Origin: Haliotis rubra
Lineage: Eukaryota
NCBI RefSeq assembly: GCF_003918875.1
Contig: NW_025765395.1
Span: 62,001 to 126,000, forward strand
DNA length: 64,000 nucleotides
Direction: 5' to 3'
Shown: in pieces, positions 52,059-63,590 of the stretch
Numbering within the stretch: position 1 is the stretch's first letter
Layout of the letters: each line of letters opens with the position of its first letter
Position numbers and translations under genes: made by a program
Notes under the pieces: model-generated
Databases searched by the model: none
The model's input: the letters and a program-made list of their open reading frames with translations, nothing else
What the model was told of the DNA's origin: nothing

Positions 52059-53794
52059 CATGAATGAAGTTGACTTGTAGATATTCGGAATCCAAGTATT
52101 TCACTATTGGTACAGTAATCACGTCTACTCTGGCTATTATACATGGATTGAAGCCACAGACAGCAAGCGCCGATGTGAACAGCTTATCCGAAACAATGTT
52201 ACAGAAAGAGTTAGATTTGACGGTGGTTGTGGTGGGGTCATGGTGTGACATTATTCTTCGTCCTCGATCCAAATTAATCCTTTGTTCCAATATCATACAA
52301 TTCTTATTCCACTACTCTAGTGAAATGGTCACTACGAGTTCATACTTGTTCCAACATATCCGTTTCCACACTGTCAGGTCACAAGTTGACCTTTCTCATC
52401 AACATCACAATCTAAAACGATATATATAGGTGAAAGAGTGGCCACGCACAGAGTGGGTTTACTGCCATTTCTATTTATATAGACATGGAAAAGTTATGTT
52501 TGGCCAACATAGTCTATATCACGGACGGTCTTATCATTAACATCTGGACCATGGTACCAAGCATACAGTGGTTTACCAGGGATTGGCAAAGAACGATCAC
52601 TTTTATCAGACATTCCTCTCGTGAGATTTTTGACATAACGTATTTTCACCACCTTCCTGTTTCATGGAATTATTTCAAATACCGCTAAAAACTTCACAAG
52701 CTCAAGAAAGCCCAGCCAGAAATTCAGAAACATAGTTAAACAAACACATTTGACACCTTTCATTAGGCCAATGTTTTATAGGTCCACGAACAATATTGCC
52801 CAAAACAAAGTAAAAAGGTTAAGAGCTTAGGACTCCTGAACTGACACCATGACAACAAACAAGGTAATGTTAATGTCATCATCCCAGTGCTCCTCAATTT
52901 CAAAACAATAAGTCCTCATCATATGCTTATAAGGGACCGTTCATAATATATGTACATGCTTCGCTATGTAAATCATCATCACCCTACCTAGCCATAAATT
53001 ATGGACGGTCCTTAAGTGTGATGGTATATCTCTGAAGCTCCATGAGATTCAGGATGATATGCATAAGAGTTACCTGATTTAACCGATGAATCGCCTGTTT
53101 GACTTCAAACTGGAGACATGATCTGACTGAATAGTCCTAGACAAACCAAACAAATGAAGACGTTCACCAAAACCTTGATAATTTTCCGGTAAGGAGTAGC
53201 CTCAGGGAGCCTTGTGGCAGCACACATGATAGTAAGCATGTACAGATTAGCTGACCATCAATGATGATCCTACTGTAGAGTTCTACAAAGCTGGAACGGT
53301 TTTCAAAGTAGCGAATGTTTTATTGGGTTTACATGTCAGGTTTTGCAACAATTAGCTAAATCATGTCGCATGTAAGGCCAACAGAAAGGCCACACAATCT
53401 TGTCAGAAGTGACACAAATCAAAGGTGCCAAACTCAAACATGTTTTCAAATCAGTTTCGAAATACAATCCGATGAAAAGCTCTCCATCAATTATAAGCAT
53501 GTAGATCTGGCGGATTTATGTTGTTCACCTCTTTCCTTTAATATATTTCTAAGAACCCGTCAGTGACCATATATACCTCAGTGCTATTTAATTAGCGTCA
53601 CAAGCCCCTGTGTGTGGGATTCTCTGCAGGTAGGTGTTACTCAAGCGTAGGCGACGTGGTCGTTCTTTCAGTACTATGGTGGTTTCACCAAATTCAGATT
53701 ATCTGACCTAAAACTATGAACACGAAATTCCTATAGATAAGACGACCTACTATAAATGTAACGTCCTAACATTATTGCTCACATCTCGTTCAGA

Positions 53795-54065
53795 ATGATC
53801 GGAACAGTCGTGTCGTCTGCCATATTCCTGGCTCTTGTTGTTCACTCCGAGTCTGCATCACTTCCGGTGGTTGCAGCTGCAGTTGACAAATGCGAGTATC
53901 AAAACAAGACTTACATGGTTGGTGAAAAGACAGACAGTGCGTGCATGCCCTGTGAGTGCACCCAAAGTGGCCGTATGGCTTGTATGGTGATTGACTGCTT
54001 CTTCCCGTCTTTCTGTGTCGACCCTGTTCGGAAACCGGGACAGTGCTGTTCATCTTGTCCAAACG
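53795..54065 (+). CDS. VWC2-like first exon, copy 9 (no private exon 2 found)
   Basis: MIGTVVSSAIFLALVVHSESA...CEYQNKTYMVGEKTDSACMPCECTQSGRMACMVIDCFFPSFCVDPVRKPGQCCSSCPNG with donor GTATTT. TATA box at 53751. Confidence 0.87.
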
Positions 54066-54307
54066 GTATTTAGGCAGATATTTTTGTTCAATTGACATGT
54101 CAGACTTTGACGTGTAAAACTGTGACAAAAATTACCGATATTATGATTTGATATAGCAGGGATAATTTGTATACCCTTAAAAATAATGTCCCTGACGTAA
54201 CCATTTCAAATCATTCCATACAATTCCACAAAGACATTCAACCCAAACCATCGTTATCCTTATCTGAAATTGTATCTTAATATAATAACAAGCTCTTAGT
54301 AAGAAGA

Positions 54308-54480
54308 GGGGCGGTGGGGTAGTCTAGTGGTTAAAGCGTTGGCTCGTCACGCCGAAGACCCGGGTTCGAATCCCCACATGAGTGCAATTTGTGAAGCCCA
54401 TTTCTGGTGTCCCCCCCGCCGTGATGTTGCTGGAATACTGCTAAAAGCGGTGTAAACGAAATTCAGTCAGTCAGTCAGTC
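54308..54480 (+). mobile_element. SINE family A
   Basis: Full head, body and tail. Confidence 0.85.
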
Positions 54481-55575
54481 TTAGTTAGAAGAACCATATA
54501 AGCACGTGTTACTGGTAGTGGGGAGTTATTTTAAAACACCTGGTTCAGAAGCCAAACATTAAAAGCGTTAACTGCTGTGCTTTAATTGTTGTTACGAAAT
54601 GTAGTAGTTCGGCTTTGGGGTTGCTGTTTCCATAAACTGCCACCTTTCTCACGAAAGATTGTATATTGATTTTCAAGAACAAGACTTAGTTGAGTCCCAG
54701 CATGATGCACTTTTGTTTTCTTTCTTTTTTTTATTTGCATGATACACTTTGCTCTAACGACTTGCAGCATGTAAGAACCAGAGTCACGTGAAAGATCTTG
54801 CAACGGACTTCCCCCTCCAACCGATTGATTTTGCAACAAACGTCAGTTTCAGGACCACCATCTTGTAGCTTTATTGCCTTTGTACAATAGATGTTTAATG
54901 CAGTAGGGTCTAAGTGTGTTAAATCAAATGCTTATCCGAGAGTTTTAGTTTAACTGCTTATCAGAGTGTGTATGTTTAAAGGTAAAATCTGAGCTATCGT
55001 ATGTATATTTATTTAAAGAAATACTTCATAACTCTGGCTAGTCATTTGGGTTGGAAGACTTCCCAAGAGGAGGTTGCCTATTTAGATGTCAATATATAAA
55101 CTTAATATTCCTTTTACTCTCTGGGACAAAGCATGAACTTGACTTCGTAAAGATGCGTTGGTGCCCTGACAGAAGTTCAATGAACGTCGATTCTCTCTAT
55201 CTGTCCACAAGCTGGTTATGTAACAGGCGCTTTCACGTCGTGACATCGTATACCAGATTTCATACCCTCAGTGTATTTAGAACTGACCAGCTTTCTTGTG
55301 TTGCAATTTGTGTATATTCGCCTGTTGTAATACTGCTGGAGTTCAACGTACCAGTGCTTACCTAAAAGTGTCAACGATTTAGCTTGAAGTTCATATTGTT
55401 ACGTTCACATGTGCATACTCATACGCAGTAAAAAGTTCCTTTGTTCAATTACAAGATTCTTTAAAGGTTAGGCGACGCAATCGTTTGTTAAGTACCATAA
55501 TGGTTTCACCGAATTCAGATTATCTGACCACAATATGGGAACAAGAAATTCCTATAGATAAGACGACCTATTATA

Positions 55576-56929
55576 TACTAAGCAGCAAAAGAAACGTCAG
55601 TTTGGAGTTTTCCTTCGCAGAAACGGATAACTGTAAACTTGCAAACTCATTTAATATTTTGATTGTATATTTTTTGACAACATCTCCAACTTTACCTGAG
55701 CAAAGACATTCCTTCCCAAACTCAGAATGGAACCCAGGAAATGGTCTCAAAAACGCAACCTGATCTCGGAGATGGTACGGTGTTCTCCATGTTTTCCCTG
55801 CAACTCATGCTGCATGTGCTGTTCACAAGTACCAGCCCTATAAAATGCACCCCCAAACCTGGTTGAAACATTCACATTACAACGTCAGCAGGATGCTCCT
55901 TCTCATGGCAGCTCAGAGGAACCAGGCGCAAGGAAGACTTGAAACTGGCCACACAGCACAAAAGCCGTTGCCAGTCACTTCCAGGTCAACGTTCGTACCA
56001 TCTACGGGCTGCAGTAACGTTTCCGGACCACCAACACCACAAATGATCGCCCCCGTACTGGCAGACCAAGGGTCACCACAAGACGTTAAGACAGCCCTGT
56101 TGTGCGACAGCATGTACAGAATCCCTTCATGCAGGCATCCGAAACAGCACGCCAGACAGTGGGAACACACGGAAGACCAATCAGTACTGATACAGTACGC
56201 CGACGTCTTAACAGCGGGAACCTCCATTGCCGTAGACCTTACTGTGGACCTATCCTCACCACTCGTCATCGGCGTGAACGTCTACAGTTTGCCCTACAAC
56301 ACCAAAACTGGCGATACAGGCAATGGAGAACTGTTTTTGTTCACAGATGAGAGTCGGTACTGCGTATCAACTGCACATGGCAGAACACGAACATGGCGAC
56401 GACGTGGCCAGCGTTACTCAGACCAATGTGGTATGGAAAGAGACTCATGGAGAGGTGCAAGCATCATGGTATTGGGTGGAATAGGCCTGAACCAGAGAGT
56501 GGGTCCTGTGGTGTTCCAGAACCTTGGTCCAGGGAGAGGAGGCAACATCACAGCGGTCCGCTACATCGACCAAGCCCTAATACCCAACGTCATACCACAT
56601 TTCGCACGTCACCGGAACAACATTTTCCAGCATGATAACGCCCGGACCCATACTACCAGAGCTACACGGGACTTCCTACAGCAGAACGGTGTCAACATTA
56701 TGCAGTGGCCAGCCCTTAGTCCTGATTTAAACCCAGTTGACCATCTTTGGGATGAAATTCAGGGGAGACTGAATAATGTCATATCAAGGCCGATTTATTG
56801 CGCCAGGCCTTTCTCAGGATTGGTTCCAGGTGCCAATGGCCTTCACCAATCGGTCAATTGGTGCACTCCATGCATAGACGCCTATCTAATTTTGAATTCG
56901 TACTGACGTTTGTGTTTTGCTGCTGAGTA
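55576..56929 (+). mobile_element. Decayed Tc1-family transposon (frameshifted transposase)
   Basis: TIRs TACT(A/C)AGCAGCAAAA..AAACGTCAGT with TA duplication. Motifs FTDESRY, QHDNARTH and WPALSPDLNPVDHLWD. The N-terminal part lies in another frame (ORF 56102..56350). Confidence 0.9.
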
Positions 56930-56962
56930 TAGATGTAACGTCTCGCTCACTTCTCCCTCACA

Positions 56963-57045
56963 ATGGTCGGCACATTCGTATTCCTAGCTCTACACCGAAT
57001 CTGCATCACTTCCCGTTATTGCAGCTGCAGCTGCAGTTGCCACAC
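56963..57045 (+). pseudogene. Decayed VWC2-like first exon (copy-9 type), truncated
   Basis: ATGGTCGGCACATTCGT...CCGAATCTGCATCACTTCCCGTTATTGCAGCTGCAGCTG matches the 5' end of copies 8, 9 and 11 with deletions. Its promoter (55460..55575) matches 53645..53755. Confidence 0.75.
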
Positions 57046-57755
57046 ACATGCAAGGAAAAGCCACTTGCTTGATATCGGGGTTGCAATAAAGAAGTTGACT
57101 ATCCCAAGAACTTTTCCTTCATCTTTACAACTTCTAAAATGCCTCTCAAAGAAAGGAAAAGCCAATTGTCAACCTGCGAAAACACTCGAACATTAAGCAC
57201 ATGTGTATTACATCGGTCATCAATACTTGTCATTGATACATTATATACGGAAATGACCTTCAATTATTGAAACTTTTTAAGACTATGCTTGGGCTTTGAA
57301 TGTTGTAATCTTGATTCAGCAACTTCTGAACTGGCGTTGTAGCGTGGTAGCGTGTTCTGTCTAAATGGTTGTACCCATCACAAACCGATGTACCCATCAC
57401 AAACCGACGCAAAGGCTCTTCAATACTGTAACTGTCATCCACTGAAAATATAGAATATGTATTCTGGCTGTTTAATCCTTCATACATATGGTATGGAAAG
57501 TTAAAAGGAAAACTGCAAAGAGATGAGATGAGATCCAATGATCGCTTGATATATTTTCAAATATAAAATTATCATTTAATAAAAGTTGATATGATGTAAT
57601 GTTGAGCACGGTGCACATAAAACGACAGCAGTGAATGGTGAACACCTTCAAGCCACATGTCACTTCAGACCGTTTCTTTATCTTATCTGCGTTAATTTAG
57701 GCTACGTCGCCAATCCTTTTCTCCCTGGCTGTTAGTCAGGCAACAGATTTCAGCC

Positions 57756-58008
57756 ATGTTGTTTTTTCTATCCATCTGCTTCCTTCCACTGTTGACCAGT
57801 GAAGCTGCTTCCATTGCAACCAATAACGATCTTTGCGTCATTGGTAACAAAACGTATCATGCGGGCGAGACCATTAGCAATAACCCCTGCCGGCCGTGCA
57901 GGTGTGGAGGGGGAAATGCCATCTCTTGTATGATAGTAGACTGTGCCATGGTCATGTGTGTGGATCCCACCAGGAAGGATGGCCAGTGTTGCCAGTATTG
58001 TCCTAATG
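57756..58008 (+). CDS. VWC2-like first coding exon, copy 10 (divergent subfamily)
   Basis: MLFFLSICFLPLLTSEA...CVIGNKTYHAGETISNNPCRPCRCGGGNAISCMIVDCAMVMCVDPTRKDGQCCQYCPNG with donor GTAAGA. Confidence 0.9.
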
Positions 58009-59027
58009 GTAAGAAATATAGAGTGTGTTCGTCAAGGACCTGTTTTCCATCATGTGTTCTTTGTGACATTACCAAAGAACATGATTGATTGCCATACTCC
58101 TGTCCGTGGGTTAAATCGAAGTGACAATCTCTAGATCCTGCTTGACTTCATCAATGAGCTGTGATGCAAGAGTGTATTACAAATAGTGTTGAATACTGAA
58201 TCCTGATTATACTGTATGTGGCCTCAAATGACACAAAAACATTGGTATCAAGATTATTTCGGTGATTATTTGAACTTCTCACACATGGGGCATAATTCAG
58301 ATGCACCTCAACCACATAGAATTGTACTAACAAACCCTCAACAAAACCTTTTATCAGTTTTGTAAATCTGATTTTTAAACAACCACAATGTTTATTAAAT
58401 AACCCTTCACCAATGAAAGCTTTAAACATATTTTTGGAGTTTAGAAGTTTATACTTTTTATTCGCATAATTTTATAATTACATAAAACACCTTCACCTGA
58501 TAACAATAAAATCTGATATGTCTCAATTGACATCATTTCCTGCTACACTTTTAAAGATGTTTAAAAAACGTTGAATTCAAAATTACCCAACATGGCGGCG
58601 ATCTGTAAACAATCGAATCTGGACTATACGATACAGTGATCGATAGCATGAACACAAATCTATGTAACAGGGATATGCTGACATGTGCCAACGAAGTCAG
58701 TGAGCCTGACCACCCGAACCCTTTTACGGAAAAGCATCGGTTGCTGAAGGTTGTAGTTCGTTATAACAGTAGCTCCATATATAATAGTTACAGCAAGTGA
58801 CCTTGTCCACAAGATAGTTTGCTATATCCGTCAATTTACAGTTCACAGTTTATATAACAGTTACGCGACGCCATTTGAGACATCAGTGCCCAAACAGGGT
58901 TTTGTCATTCTCAACACAAAAGTAAACCTCGTCAACCTATCCTACCCCAAAACGGTAGGGCCTATTCCATGGTCTTGACCATGCATGTAGAGTCCAGAAA
59001 ACCAATAATTATATGTCTGTGTTGCAG

Positions 59028-59164
59028 GAAGGAACTGCAAGTACAACGATCACGTCATCAAAGAGGGAGAGGTCTACAAACCCGACGCCAACACCGAGTG
59101 TAAATGCAACACGCAACTATTCGGTCCCGACGCCCTGAAGGCACTGTGTGTCAAGTCGGCCTAG
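59028..59164 (+). CDS. VWC2-like terminal exon for copy 10, possibly shared with copies 8 and 9
   Basis: Acceptor gttgcag|GA. Reads GRNCKYNDHVIKEGEVYKPDANTECKCNTQLFGPDALKALCVKSA*. Missed by the ORF track. Confidence 0.9.
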
Positions 59165-59934
59165 TCTGTCTCAAATACCTCAGAAATGAATCTTCTAAAC
59201 TATAAGCGAGTTGTCATTTCACATAATCAGTCATAATAATGTGTCTTCAGTATAGCAGTATTCCAGCTATATGACGGCTGGCTGAATATAAAAGAGGGTG
59301 GACCAGTCAATCCTGGGATATACACTTATGGGGTACCCTAGTGACTAAAGCCGATTACCCGAGTTTGATTCCCCACATGGGTACAATGTGCGAGGTCCAT
59401 TCCAGGTGTCCCCTACAGTGATGTTGCTAGAATACTTCTATAAGAGGTGTAACGCCTGCTTCACTCACTCCTTTATGTTATTAAAACGTTCATTCATGGG
59501 AGCAGTATATGATATGAAAATACCAAACACAAAGCGACAAAAATATCGGGAACCGAGGGAGTATTCTGGCTATAAGACGGAGTTAGTGAGTGAGTTTGAC
59601 GCCGCCTTGAACAGTATTCCAGTGACATCCCAGCGAGGTGAGATGAGGCAGGCCTCAGACGTTTATCACCTGGTGAACTACACTCTTGGAAAGATTTAGT
59701 CAAGTATATCACAAGGGGACTCTAATAATTGAATGGACGACTCTTATATCACGTACAATGATACATAATGTCCTATAGGTATATACTGCCCTGTTGCTTG
59801 AACTGAAATTCTTGCGATCCTGAAACTGTCGGTAAGGTTACTTGGCATAATTAGCAGCCACCTTTCCCGACTCTTCGTCCAACTGAAATGGTTAGATATA
59901 CTTCACACTAGATACTTACAATATTATGGTGAGA

Positions 59935-60255
59935 TAAAGTGAGGTGAAATTGGGTTTAACGTCACGCTGGAGAATATTTCGCTCATATGACGACGTGCAT
60001 GCATGTGTATGTGTACGTGTGGCTGCTTGTACTAGCCCAGACTGAAGCTGGTTTTGTAGTGCTAGCCCACTGAGATACCATGCCGCAGTGAAGCATGAAT
60101 ACCCCACTCAGACACATTATACTGACTCCCAGCCGACCAGTCCTTGTTGTACCCATTAATGCCGAGCGCCAGGCAGGGACCAACACGTACTATATTTTAA
60201 CGTCTTTTGGTATGACGCGGTCGGGGATCGAACCCGCGACCTTCCGCTCTCCGGA
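59935..60255 (-). mobile_element. SINE family B, 5' truncated
   Basis: Matches the 17373 copy. Confidence 0.8.
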
Positions 60256-60361
60256 CAATATCATGGAAATATCTAGGAAGAATGCAAATCATGTGTGCAT
60301 TCAAAACGGATCACACTCAACAACACCTGCTTAGCTTGGTTCGTTATTTGTTAGAATCGTT

Positions 60362-60899
60362 AATATAGGATATTTCTATAGCGCACATATCCAAGCAACT
60401 AGTGCTTGCTCAAGGCGCTGGTATTTTTTCCGTCGCTCACTGAATCTCAATCTCAACGGCACATAATATTATCAATCTCAACGGCACATAATATTATCAA
60501 TCTCAACTCCCTTGGGAGTATACAACTCTTGCAGCCACTAGGCGCACCGAGTTATTGTGGCTTTCCCATCCTAACGAGGTACCCATTCACAGCTGGGTGG
60601 ACTGGGACACATAGTCACAGTACTTTGTCCAAGTTCACTGCAGGTTGCTGTACCCGCAACTAGGTGTTTGCACGTATTCATGTGGCCACCATCTGGTCAT
60701 CTACCAACGGATTCGTGGGTTCTTTTAAGTGCACAGGGTTGTGTACTGCACACTAGGGGTTGTGACAACACTGAAAGAGTCTGCACACAAAGTTGACCTT
60801 CAGGTTTTTACACCCGGTCACAGGTGGGCTCGATCCCGACACGTCAACCTCTCTGGATCACTAGCCTGGCGCCTTAGACAGCTCGCCCACCGCGCCCCC
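60362..60899 (-). mobile_element. SINE family D (tRNA head, Nin/Deu-like core, LINE-like tail)
   Basis: Minus strand has head GGGGGCGCGGTGGGCGAGCTGTCTAAGGCGC and TGCACTTAAAAGAACCCAC plus CAGTCCACCCAGCTGTGAATGGGTACC. A related fragment lies near 22200..22320. Confidence 0.6.
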
Positions 60900-62274
60900 T
60901 GTTACATAGCTAGCAAATTCGTAGCAATGCTTCAAAAGTCACATTTCCCATCAGCAACACATTCTAATACGACGAGTAAAAGCAAAACAGTTGCAATACA
61001 CAGTGGGGAAGCTGTCATTTATTTCACGACACTTTCTAATGTACATATTAACATTGTGTTTCTCCAACATAGTCTGTATCACCGACGTTCTTATCAATAA
61101 CTTGTGGACCATGGTACCTAGGATACAGTGGCTGACCATGGATTGGCACTAACACTTTTTCACCAGGACAAACATTTCTCTCTTGAGACTCTCTTGTGAT
61201 AATGTATTTTCATCACCATCCCTTTTCCTGGGACACTTTCAACTACGCCTAATAGACTTTACAACCTTCAGGAAGCCAGCCCAAAATGGTTAAACATTGT
61301 AAATAAAACCATGAAGCCAATGTTTTAAGGTACACGAAAAAGCTAAGTTATAAGAATTATAAGCATTCCTGGACTGACTCCTTGAAAGCTGACTCCCTCA
61401 AGGGAATGCCTTCATCCCAGTCCTTCTCAGATTGAAAAGCTATGTCTTATCATATTCGTAGACGTGTTGAGCTCCCTCAGATTCAGGATGATATGCAGTA
61501 GACTTAACCTAAGTTATGGCTTACTGATGCATATCCTGCTGTAATACATCTGACAAGAAATTGGAGTCTTGATCTGAACGACTAGTCCAAGGCAAACCAA
61601 ACAAAGTGAAGAACTTCACCAAAGCCTTGATAATGACCTAACCTGTAATTTTGGATAAAAGGGTAGTCTCTGAGAACCTTAGGATAGGAAGCATGTACTG
61701 ATTACCTGACCACCATTGATGTCCCTGCTGAAGGGTTCGGCAAAAGCTGGAACTGTTTTCAAAGTAGCGGCTGTTTTATTGGGTTTACCAACCATCTGAC
61801 ATACATGTCGGGTTTTGCACAAAATAGCTAAATAATGTCGCAGATTAGGCCAACAGAAATGTAGCAAAATTTGTCAGAAGTGACAATAATGAAAGGTGAC
61901 TCAGATGAAAAAATCGTAAAACATGATTTGAAATCAGTTTTGAAATGCAATCTGATGAAAAGCTCTCATGCATTATCAGCAGGTAGATCTGGCGGATTTA
62001 TGCTGTTGGTTGCCTTTATTATCTCTCTAAGAACCCGCCAGTGACCATATATACCTCAGTGCAAGTTTATTAGCGTTACATGCCCCTGCGTGTGGGATTC
62101 TCGTGAGGTGAGGTGTAACTCCAGCAAAGGCGACGTGATCGTTCTTTCAGTACCATTGTGGTTTCACCGAATTCAGATTATCTGACCAAACAAATTGAAA
62201 CAAAAAAGTCTTGCAGATAAGCCAACCTACTATAAATGTAGCGTCTCAACATTATCGCTCACATCTCGTTCAGA

Positions 62275-63590
62275 ATGATCGGAACAGTCGTGTCGTCTGC
62301 CATATTCCTGGCTCTTGTTGTCTACTCCGAGTCTGCATCACTTCCGGTGGTTGCAGCTGCAGCTGGCCAATGCGTGTATCAAAACAAGACTTACATGGTT
62401 GGTGAAAAGACAGACAGTGCGTGCATGCCCTGTGAGTGCACCCAAAGTGGCCGTATGGCTTGCCTGGTGATTGACTGTTTCTTCCCTTTTCCTTGTGTCG
62501 ACGCCGTTCAGAAACCGGGGCAGTGCTGTTTGTCTTGTCCAAACGGTATTTATGCATATATTTCTGTTCAAGTATCATGTTTAAGTTTACAGACTTGAAG
62601 GTGATGTGTAAAAACCTGTATTATTATTAAAGCTAGTGCTGATAAATATTTGATAATCTTAAAATTAGTTTGGCTCTCATTTGAGTCACCTCATGGTTCT
62701 TCAATCACATACCCGGACCTAACGTATTGACACCCAAGTTGTTCATATTCTGACCATGTACTTCTTCGCATACGCCTTTAATCTGGAGTTATCTCCCCTC
62801 CGATAACTTGAAATGAAAAACAATATGTGTTTTAGTCACTTACTGGAACATGACACGCGTAAACCTTACCACAAGTCATTCCACACAATTTTTAAAAAGA
62901 CACTCCAGACAATCAATCGCTATCTGTGTGTTGTCAGCTGAAAATATGTCTTCCAATATTCGACAGCTGTTAAGTTGAAATATCATACACATGTATATGT
63001 TTTGATGTGTTCCTTTTACTGAGGATTTATTTTAAAGTGACTGGTCCATGAGTCCACCTTCCAAACAATTAACTGCTGTTATGTACTTCAATGTTATTGA
63101 GAAATAGAAAATAACATTTTTGGTCACTGTAGCCCTACAGTTTGAGATAAATGATTACTCTGACATAAAAAGTGTGATGTGTGTGAGTGGTATTTGCGTC
63201 ATCCACAACTCAAATTGTGGTAACACCAGATGAACACGGATTGGAGAGTGTATTCTGCCTGGTGTACGGAACTTTGCCCACAATGAACTTGGAACAATTA
63301 CGTGAAATAACAGGGTTATTTTTCATTCTCAACCTTAAACCTCGTCAACCCATTCTACCTCAAAACGGTATGGTCTTGCGATTATTCCATGGACATGGCC
63401 ATGGCCATGCATGTAGAGTCCAGAAAACCAATCTGTCTGTGTTGATGTTGCAGGAAGGAACTGCAAGTACGGCGATCACATCATCAAGGAGGGAGAGGTG
63501 TACAAACCTGACGCAAACACCGAGTGTAAATGCAACAAGCAACTATTCGGTCCCGACGCCCTGAAGGCTGTGTGTACCAAGTCGGCCTAG
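62275..63590 (+). CDS. VWC2/Brorin-like secreted protein, copy 11; exons 62275..62545 and 63454..63590
   Basis: Exon 1 reads MIGTVVSSAIFLALVVYSESA...CVYQNKTYMVGEKTDSACMPCEC...GQCCLSCPNG with donor GTATTT. Acceptor gttgcag|GA. Exon 2 reads GRNCKYGDHIIKEGEVYKPDANTECKCNKQLFGPDALKAVCTKSA*. TATA at 62231, AATAAA at 63611. Confidence 0.92.

Noticed and set aside
55845-56906. 353-aa ORF as an intact transposase
   Set aside because: Composite frame: only the C-terminal half is transposase-like, the DNA-binding region lies in another frame, the third catalytic E reads D and the C-terminus is shifted.
58150-58580. Possible LINE (Tx1/L1) ORF2 fragment, also near 24800..25160
   Set aside because: Only compositional resemblance, with no diagnostic motif recognised.
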